Shown here: positions 50,766-62,829 of the stretch, piece by piece
Position numbering within the stretch: position 1 is the first letter of the stretch
How the letters are laid out: each line of letters opens with the position of its first letter
Origin: Sphaerodactylus townsendi
Lineage: Eukaryota
Length of the DNA stretch: 64,000 nt
Assembly (NCBI RefSeq): GCF_021028975.2
Contig: NC_059433.1
Coordinates: 90,954,001-91,018,000, forward strand
Direction of reading: 5' to 3'
Notes under the pieces: model-generated
What the model was told of the DNA's origin: nothing
The model's input: only the letters and a program-made list of their open reading frames with translations
Database searches by the model: none
Made by a program: the position numbers and the translations under genes

Positions 50766-50942
50766 CAGAGGCGTAGTGCCAAGGGGATGGGGGGTGCACG
50801 ACACACCGAGCGGGTGCCCCTGCGGAGGCGTTTTGGGGATGTGGTATAGTGTTCCGGGGCAATCTGGGGGCAGGACGGGGTGTTCTGGGGGCCTGGAGGG
50901 GCGCGCGAGTGCTGGGTGCACTTCCCCATCACTCCGTCCCTG
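50766..50942. mobile_element. hAT MITE
   Basis: Perfect 8-bp TSD ctgataat (50758-50765, 50943-50950); imperfect TIR cagaggcgtag / ctccgtccctg. Confidence 0.9.
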
Positions 50943-52496
50943 CTGATAATTGACAATTGGGTTAATAATCCATGAAGTTTCTGCAGACAAACACTGTTTT
51001 TGGGGTTGTTGTTATTGGGTTAAAAAATTCTTGTTAGAAAGGGGCACTTAAATGGTCTCACAGGTGTCCCCTGTTCAGTTGTCTTAGTGTATTGGAAGAA
51101 AGCTGTATGTGTTTTTCATCTTGATTCCTGACAACTATTCACCTCTATCATTTCCCTTTCTGCAAAACATCTCTGCGAAGTCCTTCAGCCCCATCTTTGC
51201 TAGCCTTGCCATTCCCTTCACATGCTGGTTGTTCCAGCATCCCACCTACCTCTCCAACATTCTTTGTTTTATTTTTTAAAATCATTTTGTTTTTTAATGA
51301 GCCATATTCAATTCCATATTAAGCCACATTTTACTCTAGGCCCATAGGCTGCGGATTCCTGATATAATCTACCTCACAAGATGGTTGTTGTGATGATGAA
51401 ATGGGGGAGAGGGAATGCTCAGGTGGGTAGAAAAGCAAGGTAAAAATAAATAAGTACTACTTATAGGGGGAATTAACTTTGAAGGTACATTTAACTGAAA
51501 GTGTATTCATACCTATCCTCTTAACTAGCATTAGTTTACTCCAGTAATATCGATGGCGGTAAACTTTTACTAGTGATAGTAAATGGAATTATGGATAGTA
51601 AATATGAAGGGGAACAGGAATAGTTTACTCTCCTCTGAATTTGCAAGCTAGACCATAAAGGGAAGAAGCAATTTGTTGTTGAAGAGACCACTGGAGTAAA
51701 CTACTGCTGCTTTAATAGCATTGTTGAAAACTCACCATAAGGACAGATACAATACAGTTTTCTGGAACACTTGAGAACAAAGTGTTCAGGTTATGTTGGT
51801 CAGCTGTTGCCATAATGAATATTCAGAATGACAATTAGGACTGCCTTAGGGTGGCCTGGGAGCAAGGTAGGCAGAACTGGATTAATGTGAACACTATGTA
51901 AGATACAATTTAGGGCCTGGGGGCAAAGGGTATCTGATTTAAAATACTAAATTATTTTTTTTTTTAAAAAATGTTTATTAGAAGGCTAAAGCAAAGTAGC
52001 TGTCAACCTTCCTGTTTCATAGCCTGGAGCTCTGTAGAATACCAAGGAGTGTTATGGGTTCTGCAGGTAAGGTGAGAGCACTTAGGAGTGATCATGTCAG
52101 TGGCCCTGTTCATCTCACCATTCTAGAGCAAGACAAAGGCCTTGACAGAAGTCCTATCGATGTCCGCTGGAAAGTCCTCCAGAACATTCAAGAACCATTC
52201 GTGTTCCATAAATCTCCAAGGGCAGACCATCTTAGTGTGTCTCCCTCCTCTCGCAGGGGTGGTAGTGGTGGTGCTGGAATTGTCACTCCAAGTCCAAATC
52301 TTACCAGGAATTGATCGATCCATGATAATGGGTTTTTGGATTTAATACCTTCCCTAACACACCCTCTCAAAGGTGAAGCCAGGACTCTCCCATGGCACCC
52401 TGTTTGAAAGCCTTTGAACAGTTGCTTTTAGACAAACTTATATTGTAGAAATATCAAAAGGTAGTTGTTGGTAAGTGGGGCTTGGAGTGAATAAAG

Positions 52497-52707
52497 TGGG
52501 CAACTCTGAGAAATACCTGGAGATTTTGGGGGTGGAGCCTGAGGAAGGCAGGGACTTGGGAGGAGTGGAACTCCACTGGGGAATAATTCCACAAAACTCA
52601 CCTTCCAAAACAGACATTTTCTCCAAGGGAACTCATCTCTGTTTCCTGTAAATTAGTTGTAATACAGTGGGAGATATTCAGCTACCACCTGGAGGTTGGC
52701 AGCCCTA
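52497..52707. mobile_element. hAT-like MITE (TAGGGTTGCCA family)
   Basis: cctggagattttgggggtggagcct ... cacctggaggttggcagcccta. Confidence 0.7.
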
Positions 52708-52885
52708 CACATGAAGCTGTCTTCTACTGAGTCAGATAATTGGTGTATCAGTTATTACTCTAACTGGCAGCTGTTCCCCAGGGTCTCAGGCAGAGAACCT
52801 TCATATCTCAGACTGTCTGATTATTTTACAGGAGCTGTCAGGGATTGAACCTGGGCCCCCTGCATTCACAACAGATGCTCTACTA
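52708..52885 (-). mobile_element. Squam2-like SINE
   Basis: cacatgaagctg...ccagggtctcaggcagag...gggattgaacctggg. Confidence 0.75.
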
Positions 52886-53569
52886 TGACAGATTTTGTGT
52901 GCCATAGAACACTGCCTCCCATTTTGCATGCAAGCATATGCAGTTCTTCTTTTTTTGTCATTAGTCAGCTCAGGCAAGTGTTCAGTTTCTTGACTGATAA
53001 GTGTTTGCTAAGCCACCAAAGGCACCAAGGAGAAATGTAATGTGAATGCAGTCGATCAGCCTTAGATAAATGTACACATGGGCCGTAGCACCTACTTATA
53101 AAATACAAACTTTCAAATGGTTATGGTTCAGGATAAATGAAGTCAAATAATCGATGCAACAACAAAAGCGTTTAGTACACTTGAAATATTTTATAGCCCT
53201 CATTAAAGACACAAGTTTGAATACTGGAACATAGCTGTTTAAAAAGATAGATTTTGACGTGTATTGATTATATGAAGCAGAACTTAAAAACTCTTCAGGA
53301 ATAGCTGTACTATCCAACACAAACATATATAAGACGGAAGTAAAAACAAAATACAAGTAAAATAATTACTAACAGTAACACAAGTGAGAACAAATACAGG
53401 TCTAATAGGCTAGTCTTCCAGTCTACTCTACCTCACAGGGTTGTGAAAATAAAATGGAAGACTGGAGCATGATACCATAAACTACACTGGGTTCACCTCT
53501 GGGGAGAAAAATGGGATTCCATATATCTTATTTAGAACTAGGTCCTATGTGAGCACAGGGGTATAGAAT

Positions 53570-53730
53570 GGTGGACTATATCCCTATCTCGTAAAACCTC
53601 AGAAGCTAAACAGGATTGGGACTTTGATGGAAACCAACAAGGAAGACTTTTCAGAGGAAGGCAATGACAAACTGCCTCTTCTTTATCACTTATCTTGAAA
53701 ATTCTGGCATGTGAGCATCTCAGTTGCAGA
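53570..53730 (+). mobile_element. 5S-headed Sauria-tailed SINE, degenerate
   Basis: ctcagaagctaaacagg...gatggaaaccaacaagg...cagaggaaggcaatgacaaactgcctct. Confidence 0.65.
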
Positions 53731-54259
53731 GATAAACTAGACATTGAGTTAAGACGGAGCAGAAAAGAGTGAGGTCAACCAGATGGAGGATAAGTACCAG
53801 TAGTATGAGGGAGGTAAGTTATACCCCAAATTTGTTACACATTGAAACTAATGTTAATGACTATTGGATTGATTTCATAATACAACTCAATGAGTAATTA
53901 AATTATGGAAATCACTGCAAATTGATATAATTATGGCTCTTATGGTTTACAGTGTGTCCAGTCCCAGTTCAAAGCAACAACTCACTTCATAGTTTCAAGG
54001 ATTTTATTGGATACATGGGCATGAAAGGCAAAGAGAGTTCTGGTGTGTTCCTGCCAAGACAGTTGATAATATGAAGTAGCATTCTCCACCCCCACATGAG
54101 AATAGACAGTTAGCAGAAACAACTTGGAACACAGTCTCGGTTGCTGAGCTTCAAGGTTGGGAAAGATAACAGCAACAGCATCGGCAGGCAAAAGCACACT
54201 CCATAAATTCCCCCTCCCAACAGAATGGCATCCTGACACAGTGTTGTTTGATGTGTAGA

Positions 54260-54862
54260 GGATAGGTCCATCAATAGCTACTATTCAGGTGGACTTTAGG
54301 GAACCTCCATATCAGCGGTGGGATCCACAAATTTTAGTAACAGGTTCCCATGGTGGTGGGATTCAAACTGTGGCGTAGCGCCAATGAGACTGGGCGGGGC
54401 ATGACGGGGGCCTGGCCGGGCATTCCGGGGGCGGGGCATTCCTGGGCAGGGCTGTGGCAAGGACGCAGCTGCTGCACCGGTCCTTGGGCGGGAAACGAAT
54501 GCACGCAGGTGCAGACTGCCACGCACGCCGGTGCACCTCCTGCTAGACTGCTTCAAGTTCTGCGCGCTACTGCTGAGAGGAGGGGTATAACTAAGGCAAA
54601 AATCACGTGGGAAAATTACTAATTAGTAACCCCCTCTCGGCACAGACAAATAATTAGTAACCTACTCTCGGGAACCTGTGCGAACCTGTTGGATCCCATC
54701 CCTGCTCCATATTCAGAATCACTGGACCCCTGAATAGAAGTGCCAGGAGGGAATATCAGGGGAAAGCCTCTTTGCTGATCTTCCAGGGCAACTGGCTGGT
54801 TATGGTGAGAAACAGGATAATGGCCTAGTGGTATGATCTCACAGGGCAATTATGTTCTTATG
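54260..54862 (+). mobile_element. Old CR1 3' UTR split by a hAT element
   Basis: ggataggtccatcaatagctacta start and tatgttcttatg end; contiguous once 54313-54704 is removed. Confidence 0.65.
54313..54704. mobile_element. Young CpG-rich non-autonomous hAT element
   Basis: TIR cagcggtgggatcc / ggatcccatccctg; perfect TSD ctccatat (54305-54312, 54705-54712). Confidence 0.92.
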
Positions 54863-55559
54863 ACTAGTTTCAACTCTGATATCAAAGTATCTGATGGTAA
54901 GTATGTGCTAGAATGATGAAAGAATCAAATCTGGATCCTGCTCTTTTCATACCCCTAGCTTTATGAATTGTAGGATCTCTGGAATTATAGCACCAAAGGA
55001 AAGATCTGGACCCCACAACAAGGTCTATCACCAGCTGGTGTTTTTGTCATGGGATTGTTGAAAATTCATCTAGGAATTTGTATGTGCCTGTGCCTTCCCT
55101 CAAGTAATGTCACAACTGGAGCCCGAGTCAAAAAGTAGCAGAATGATAATTCCCCAAGACCAGCCTTAGATTTGTGTGTAAAGGATCCTTGGGGGATTGG
55201 GTTGTCATGGATCAGAATTCAAATGTTATACAATTGATATGGATGTTGTACCCATTTCAACAGGATTGTGTTTTGTTTTTCATAATTGTCCTTGGCCTTC
55301 CTTTAAAGAGCACAGTTAGCCAGCCCATCATGTTCTTATTTTCCAAGAAACTCACGATGGTGTTCTTCTCCTATGTTCCATTTTATCCTCACAATGTCAG
55401 GCTGAGCATGACTGACCTATGTTCAACTAGTAAGCTTCTATGGCTTATATTAGAACCTGGGTTTTTGCCAGACATAGCCTTGGATCTACTGGAACCGTTC
55501 TGTGAGCAGAAGAGTTTCTTCCTCTCCTCCTTGTGTGGCATTTTGGGGCATTTGGTGTT

Positions 55560-55788
55560 GGGTTTCTAATTCTGTGTTGGGAAATCCCTGAAGAGCTTGT
55601 GGGTGCAACCTGGGTAAAAAGTAGTTTAGGGAAGGAAGAGACTTCAGCAGGACATAATGCCATAGAATCCTCCCTCCAAAGCAGCCATTTACTCTAGGGA
55701 AACTATGTAGTCTAAGGTTCTTTGTAGTCTGGAAAACAGTAATTATTCTGGGAGATCTCCAAGTCCCATCTGAAGGTTGACAACCATA
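55560..55788. mobile_element. hAT-like MITE (TAGGGTTGCCA family)
   Basis: gccatagaatcctccctccaaagcagccattt...ggagatctccaagtccca...aggttgacaaccata. Confidence 0.65.
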
Positions 55789-56586
55789 ATCTGAGGCTAT
55801 AGCTGAATGTAGGAGGTGAAAAAGTCGTGGTCTGGTAGATCTTAATCTGTAACCCCTGCTGAATTCTGTCCCGCTCTTGAAAAAGTAGCATTAAAACTTG
55901 GCATTGAAAGCAATGTACTATCCTCTCCTTTCTCAGCAGCTAATGTGACAGAGCTGTCCGAACCACCTACATCAGCCTGAAGCCAGTATTGTTGAACTTT
56001 CTGTGCAAGGGCTTTGTTGGATTTGCATTCCATCATGATGGAAATGTTGCATTTCATTCTTACTGGGACAAGAAGGAAGAACAGAGACACAGAGGTGCAA
56101 AGAGGAAATGCAATTAAATGATGGTTTTCTGTTGACTGTGCACTTGTAGGGAAGTATAAACCGCTAGGAATTAAAAGCCATATCCCAATGCTATAATAAT
56201 TAAACATAAAACCATCCATCCCTTCACTGGAAGGCCCTGTCAACAGTTTATGTTGATGACACAGGAATCTTCTAATTTATCTGCCAGCTGCTGTAGATGA
56301 AATCTCATTAGGATTATAGCATTAAATAGCATCTCTCCATCTCCTTTACACAGAGGAAGGATTGACTGTATCCTGGCCTTAGTCAAAAATTGCAGTCCAA
56401 ACAAGTTACCTTCGTGAGAATCCTTTCATATAGAATTTATTTTAAAAATGTACATGCCTCTTCTCCAGTGATTTACTTGAGGTAGATCACAAGACAAAAA
56501 AAAACAACAGCAGTAAAATCATAGAGCTAGCAACAAAAAACAAGTAATCACATTAAAAGAGCATAAAATTCTGTTTGGCAAGCCAG

Positions 56587-58005
56587 CAGTACAATCCTGG
56601 GGTGTGTGTCTCATTGCTGCAAAACTGGGGAAGGCACAGCCATAGTGCAGCAGTGCTACAGTCAGCAAACTGGCTAACATTTTCCCTTTCTCTAGGAAAG
56701 TGATGTATGTAGCACATTTGGCTGTCCCACTGATTTTGCTGGCATAAGGATGTGCTGCCAAATGGTGACATCCCTGGTCCATAAGGACTCAGGAGGCCAA
56801 CAAAAGAAAGCTGGCCCTGCCCTGGGAAGCCCCCTTTAGCACCAGTGCAGATGTCTGTGCTGGAGTAGTGCTGCAGCTGTGGCTGTACTGGCATTTGGGT
56901 GTCAAGCTGCTGCATAGCTCCCCAGCATCAGTGCATGTGCCTCTGCACTGGCATAAAGCGGACCTTGATAAATTAGGTGAGTGGGCTAAGAAATGGCAAA
57001 TGCAGTTCAATGTAGCAAAATGTAAAGTGATGCACATAGGGGCAAAAAATCCAAACTTCACATACATGCTACAGGGGTCAGTGCTATCAGTCACAGACCA
57101 GGAAAGGGATTTGGGCGTCTTAGTTGATAGTTCCATGGGAATGTCAACTCAATGCATGGCAGCTGTGAAAAAGGCAAACTCTATGCTGGGGATAATTAGG
57201 AAAGGAGTTGATAATAAAACTGCAAGGATTACAGTCAAGCAATACTTACATATAAAGGCGTAAGTGACCACACGCTTTGAATTACTGTAGTTCAGTTCTG
57301 ATTATCTCAAAAAGGATATCGAAGAGATAGAAAAGATTAGAAGGAACTAGCGAGGATGATTGAAGGATTGGAGCACCTTCCTTATGAGGAGAGGCTGCAG
57401 CGTTTGGGACTCTTTAGTTTGGAGAGGAGACGTCTGAGGGGGGACATGACTGAAGTCTATAAAATTATGCATGGGGTAGAAAATGTTGACAGAGAGAAAT
57501 TTTTCTCTCTTTCTCACAATACTAGAACCAGGGGGCATTCATTGAAAATGCTGGGGGGAAGAATTAGGACCAATAAAAGGAAACTAGCCTGTACACAGCG
57601 TGTGATTGGTGTTTGGAATATGCTGCCACAGGAGGTGGTGATGGCCACTAACCTGGATAGCTTTAAAAGGGGCTTGGACAGATTTATGGAGGAGAAGTCA
57701 ATCTATGGCTACCAATCTTGATCCTCTTTGATCTGAGATTGCAAATGCCTTAGCAGACCAGGTGCTCAGGAGCAGCAGCAGCAGCAGAAGGCCATTGCTT
57801 TCACCTCCTGCATGTGAGCTCCCAAAGGCACCTGGTGGGCCACTGCGAGTAGCAGAATGCTGGACTAGATGGACTCTGGTCTGATCCAGCAGGCTAGTTC
57901 TTATGTTCTTAAATGTTCCTTACACTGGTACAAGTGGCATTTATGCTGGCACTGGGGTCATGCTGCTTTCTACATGGTTTGCTCCCCTCCCCAAGGATGG
58001 CACTG
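56587..58005. mobile_element. Old DNA transposon hosting the CR1 insertion
   Basis: Ends cagtacaatcct / aggatggcactg; rejoined empty site resembles gtgcctctgcactggtgtaaatgtacctt at ~60606-60634. Confidence 0.45.
56958..57910 (+). mobile_element. Young 5'-truncated CR1 LINE (ORF2 C-terminus plus 3' UTR)
   Basis: DLDKLGEWAKKWQMQFNVAKCKVMHIG...ERDLGVLVD; LPYEERLQRLGLFSLERRRLRGDM...WNMLP; gttcttat-repeat tail. Confidence 0.97.
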
Positions 58006-58084
58006 GAAGTTGACATTCATAAAGCAGTCCTCAGGCTAGAAGTAGACTATTAAAATAGCTTTAAAAGATGGAACCCTTCAGTTA

Positions 58085-58200
58085 ACAGTCTGGGTAAAAA
58101 AGAAATGTTTTGGCCTGGTGCCAAAAAGGAACAAAGGTGATCCTTAAGGGAAAGGGCATTCCAAAGGCTTGGAGCCACCACTGACAAAGGCCTGTCTTCT
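58085..58200 (-). mobile_element. L2 3' fragment
   Basis: Minus frame DRPLSVVAPSLWNAL. Confidence 0.65.
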
Positions 58201-59057
58201 GTAACCACCCTCAATGCAAAAAACAACACTCCCCCTCAAAGCAATGGCAGACCACTCCTTCGGGGATGGGGCGGGATATAAATCCAATAAAATAAATAAA
58301 TGTCTCTTTTCTTGAAAACCCTCTGAGATTGCTATAAATTGACTGCAACATGATGACCGAACAAAGAAGCAGCCATAAGATGGTTTTCTTTGTCTTTCAG
58401 TTGTGGCTTTCCCAACATAAAGTCAAATTCACTTCAGCCAAGTAGGCAGAAGTGTTGACAGACTGTTAATACAGTAAGCATAGACTCATAGATAATAATA
58501 ATTTATTATACATTAGTTTCTAATATGCATTTGTTCAATATTCCAGGGAATTGTCTGAATTTGCCCACAACTGTTTGTAAAATAAAATACAAACTAGGGA
58601 GCAAAAAGAAAAGGAACTAATTTAATGATTTCCTTAGTCATGGAATCACATTGTATCCAAACATAATTTGTTTCTAGCCTACAAGCTATTGTGGGTAGTC
58701 ATCTGAAAGAAGTCTAATCAGCAAAATAAGCTTCTTTAACAGGGCACATAATTATCTTGCATAGTAAATGTTAGACTGCTAATCCACAAATGGATTTACA
58801 GTTGAACATAATGCTTTATTCTCCAATGTGTTTTAGATGTATTTCTTAAGAACTCTTTGTATCATAAGAACTCCCAATTAGTTCCAAAAAGAAAAGTTCC
58901 CAAGCTGTCATCTCATGAACATGATGGGTGAACATGATGTCATCTCATGCACATGATGGGCGTTTACAAGTTTGCACATGCACTAAATCAGGAGCCATGT
59001 GGGATGTAACCAAATAGAACCCTGGCAACATAAGTTCTTTTCCTAAATTTTTCCAAA

Positions 59058-59289
59058 AAGAAGAAGAAGAAGTAGGGCTTTTACGCCCTTCTTTTTTCTA
59101 CCCTGAGTCTCAAAGCAGCTTACAATTACAATCCCTTTCTCTCCACACAACAGGTACTTTGTGAGGGAAGCGGCACTGAGAGAGTTCTGGGAGAACTATG
59201 ACTGTCTGAGCTCACCCAGCAGGCTTTATGTGGAGGAGTGAGGAAACAAACCTGGTTCTGCTACTCTTAACCACTATACACACAGGCTC
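59058..59289 (-). mobile_element. Squam3-like SINE (short subtype)
   Basis: aag-repeat tail, ctcacccagc core, ctcttaaccactatac head (reverse). Confidence 0.8.
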
Positions 59290-59397
59290 TCTCCAAGTGG
59301 AGAATTGAGGATATTTCACATCAAGAAATTACTTCATAGATCACTATGAAGTGGCTTCAAGAAAAATATCCAGATAGCAGGTTTTCAAGATAACATA

Positions 59398-59926
59398 TCT
59401 ATATCTAAATATATAAAAAGCTAACAGTGTATTTGTTACTGATGCTCTAATGCCGAAACGCCTGGACCGATTGCTTTGAAATTATCAAATAACATTGCAT
59501 TTGCGTGCAGCCAGGTTTTCATACTGTTTCCACACCTCCTGTTGTGTACATGTCACAACTGTGCCAGTTATTGTGTACATGCCACACCTGTGACAGTTGG
59601 AACCACAGTTCTGTTCCGCAAAAGCGCCATCTGGTGAACGTCAACAGCAACACACTTTGCCTGCAAGGGAAGGAAGTGAAAGGGATGGTGTCTGCCATCT
59701 GGATATGGGCCACCCACCCTAGCAGAGGAAGGGGAACGTGAGGGAGAAAGGGGGCGGGGCACCATGCAAGGGAACGGGAGAGAGGGTGGGGAGCAAGGGG
59801 CCCCTTGCCCCTCCCCTCCCTTGCAAGCATTGTGCAATGACACATGTTAGAACCATTCACTTTCTCTTTTGTTTCTTTTCCACTTCACCAGACTGAGCCA
59901 CAGCAACGCGTGGCAGGGTACGCTAG
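59398..59926 (+). mobile_element. Non-autonomous Helitron
   Basis: a|TCtatatctaaatatataaaa start; hairpin gccacagcaacgcgtggc (59897-59914) then CTAG|t; no TSD. Confidence 0.85.
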
Positions 59927-61679
59927 TTTCATAATGAATTTGAAATACTACATTTTAACAACCACAGGGATTTTTTTGTGCAGTACTCACAGGAACTGAG
60001 TGCTGATACCTTTTTAAGAAACTCTCTCAAGTCCTGAGGGAGCAATTGGGTCAAATCAGTGCATTATATGAGAGTGCTGGCACTTTAAAAAAAAGCACTG
60101 AACATATACAGCACTGAACATATGCTGACATATACAACTGAAATAAAAGTTCTACATACAGAAGTAACCTTTAAAATATAAGACCTTCAGTACCTTTCAG
60201 AAAGGGCACTTGGAACAGATCCTACCAGGTTGTACACAGTAAAGCAACCAGGGGCAAATCCAAAGTATTCATGGCCAGTGCAATTTGGGGGTGCAGGAGT
60301 GGAGCAGTTGGGCTGTGGCTGGGGATGGCACAGCCATGGCACAACTGTGCCACTTCCTAAGAGACTTGCTGCACTGTGTCCAGCAAGCCAAAAACAATGC
60401 TGCTCCTTCCCCATGAAAGTGGCTTTTGCAGACCAATTATTTTACTGGGATATGGGGGCATTCCCAGGCTGAAAGGGCTCAGGAAACTGACAAAAGATGC
60501 CCCTGCGAATGTCTCCTCCAGTGTCAGTACAGACTCCTACACTAGAGGAGCACTTTTTCTACAGCTGTGCTGGTGCCAAGCTGTTGCACTGCACTGCTGG
60601 TGTAAGTGCCTCTGCACTGGTGTAAATGTACCTTGTCCTGGTGCAAGTAGCCTTCTGAACAGTTCCCTCCCCCTTTCGATGGCGCTGTTAAGTAGCTGCA
60701 GGAACTCTTTGGCCAATTATGCACAAGGTGTCTGCAATGTGATGGGAGTGGGGAGTGGGGGGTGGGGGGTGGGAGAATGTCCATTGCATCAAGATTTCTT
60801 GTACAGACCTATTTCCTAGAGTCATGCTTTCACTTTCCATCCTCCCTGCTGCAAGTGAGACCACTTCCAGCATAATTTTAATTTTTGATTTGCTGACAGA
60901 GCAGGGAGATTTGCCAGTGAGCAAAGCTTTGCCCTGGAGATCTTCCCTCCACCTACCACCAGCCCCTCCCAATCCCTCATGCCCCTATCTGCAATAAAGT
61001 TTTTAAAGCCCTCTTGATTATCAGGGAGGGTAGAAGCAAGGGGGGGAGATGGGATGCAGTCAAACAGATGCCCTGCTTGTGCTGTTCCTTGCAAAAGTCT
61101 TCTCTGTTGCTCTACGCACCTTCCCTCCAGTAGCTGTTATTGGCCCTCCTCTCTGGTGGTGGTAGCTGTTTGTGTGTGTTTGGTCGAGGGCAAATTCTGA
61201 TCACAGTCATTAACCAGCAGTGGGATTTTATTTGGCATTTGGATGCAGTAAATGTTGCTGTTTCCTGAAAAACCTGCTAACCACATAGATTGTTAGTACT
61301 GTATACTTATCCTATAAAATAAATAACCTTTTAGTCAGCAAATGCACATGCTTTATGGAAGCTTTCTGCCATTACAGCAAGCCATTTAATGTTGTTATTG
61401 CATTATAGAGGGAGAGATATGTAATATGTTTACATTTGATAAGTATTATCTAATTTGAAACTGTAATTATATGCTGGCTCTCAGCATTTTTAAAGAAGGA
61501 GGTACTGTGTGCTATAAAGCTTTAATAGGATGTAAAATGCTTCATTAAGCATTATCTAACATGTTGAGGACAAAATGCAGGCTAAAGATGTTCTACTTCA
61601 AATTTCATTCTACTTTCCTCAAGCATCATATGTTTAATTACAGTCCCCAGTGATTAATTTTCACACTTAAATGAAAGCA

Positions 61680-61854
61680 GAAAATGAAATTTTTCACTGT
61701 TTAGGGAGGGGAGGGACTTCAGTGTGATATAATGCTGTAGAGTCCACCTTCCAAAGTGGCTATTTTTTCCAGGTGAACTGATTGATCTATGTTGCTTTGA
61801 GTTCAGCTGTAATACAAGGAGATATCTAGTCACCACCTGGAGGTTGGGAACTCT
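61680..61854. mobile_element. hAT-like MITE (TAGGGTTGCCA family), partial
   Basis: agagtccaccttccaaagtggctatt...cacctggaggttgggaactcta. Confidence 0.65.
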
Positions 61855-62070
61855 ACTTACTATATACCCTGTACTCAAAGGCCCTAAAATTTTGCATCCT
61901 TGGTTGGATTTCAGCATCTTCAAAGCTATTACTTGTAAGCAATTGAAAAAAAAACAGAAAAGAAACCCCCCTGGCCTTGGCAGCCAGTTTTATGTTTTCT
62001 TATATTGAAAGGCCATCTGAATCATCTGCCAGAAGCAGATTCTTCAGTATTGCAGATCATTACTTGGTCT

Positions 62071-62345
62071 TAGGGTTGCCAATCTGCAAGATTGTGGGTG
62101 GAGCATGAAGCATTCCATGAGCTCAATAAAATTACATCTAGAGGTGGCATTACATCTCTCTAGGAATTTCCACAAACTCTATGGCAAAACCCTGGAGTTT
62201 CCAGTGATTCCTACAGAGACTTGACATCACTCACAGGTTTTCCTGGAAGTGACATAACACTGTTGAGTCTATAATATTTTTAGCTCATATTTTTTTCATG
62301 GCTGACAGAGCAGCAGCAAGCAGAGAGCAGTACCAGTTGGAGGTC
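62071..62345. mobile_element. Old hAT-like element
   Basis: Starts tagggttgccaa; shares motifs with 1000-1223. Confidence 0.5.
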
Positions 62346-62821
62346 TAAAGAAATGTTTATTGCTGTCCGAGGGTGGACCTATTTCGTGCGAAACCCTTTA
62401 CCAATAATACACACCACTACATTGCTGGGGTAATAAAATTGGCCATACCCATTTTATTGAGCAGAAGCATGAGGCTAAGCATGGGTCTGGATCTGGTCAT
62501 GCAGATTGAAGCTCCGCAGGGTGGACGCCCCGTACCTGAGCTTCGTTCTTCGGGGCTCTGCTGGGCGGCCGCTCCTGGCAAGAGGTGTTCCCCCTTGGCC
62601 CTGTTCGGCAGGGTGGTCACCTCTTGCCATTGTCATTCCCAAGGGGAAGGCCTAGCTCCCTAGCTCCCTTCCCTTCCAAATCAATACCCATGCGCCAAAC
62701 CGCCATAAGAGCAACACTGTTGGGTCTATATTATATGTTTAGCTCATATTTTCCCCACGGCTGACAGAGCAGCAGCAATCAGAGAGCAGTGCCAGTTGGA
62801 GGTCTAAAGAAATGTTTATTG
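62256..62821. repeat. ~107-bp direct repeats flanking a 350-bp GC-rich insert
   Basis: 62256-62362 and 62713-62821, both aacactgttg...ggtctaaagaaatgtttattg. Confidence 0.9.
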
Positions 62822-62829
62822 TTTCTCTT

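Noticed and set aside
57231-57350. Locally scrambled segment in the young CR1 as a biological rearrangement
   Set aside because: Dense small indels in an otherwise clean copy look like consensus or sequencing error; cannot be resolved without reads
59439-59462. ctgatg...gaaac as a hammerhead
   Set aside because: The core reads CTGATGC, not CTGANGA, and no helices form
60744-60773. G-quadruplex-like G runs
   Set aside because: Common low-complexity tract with no functional context
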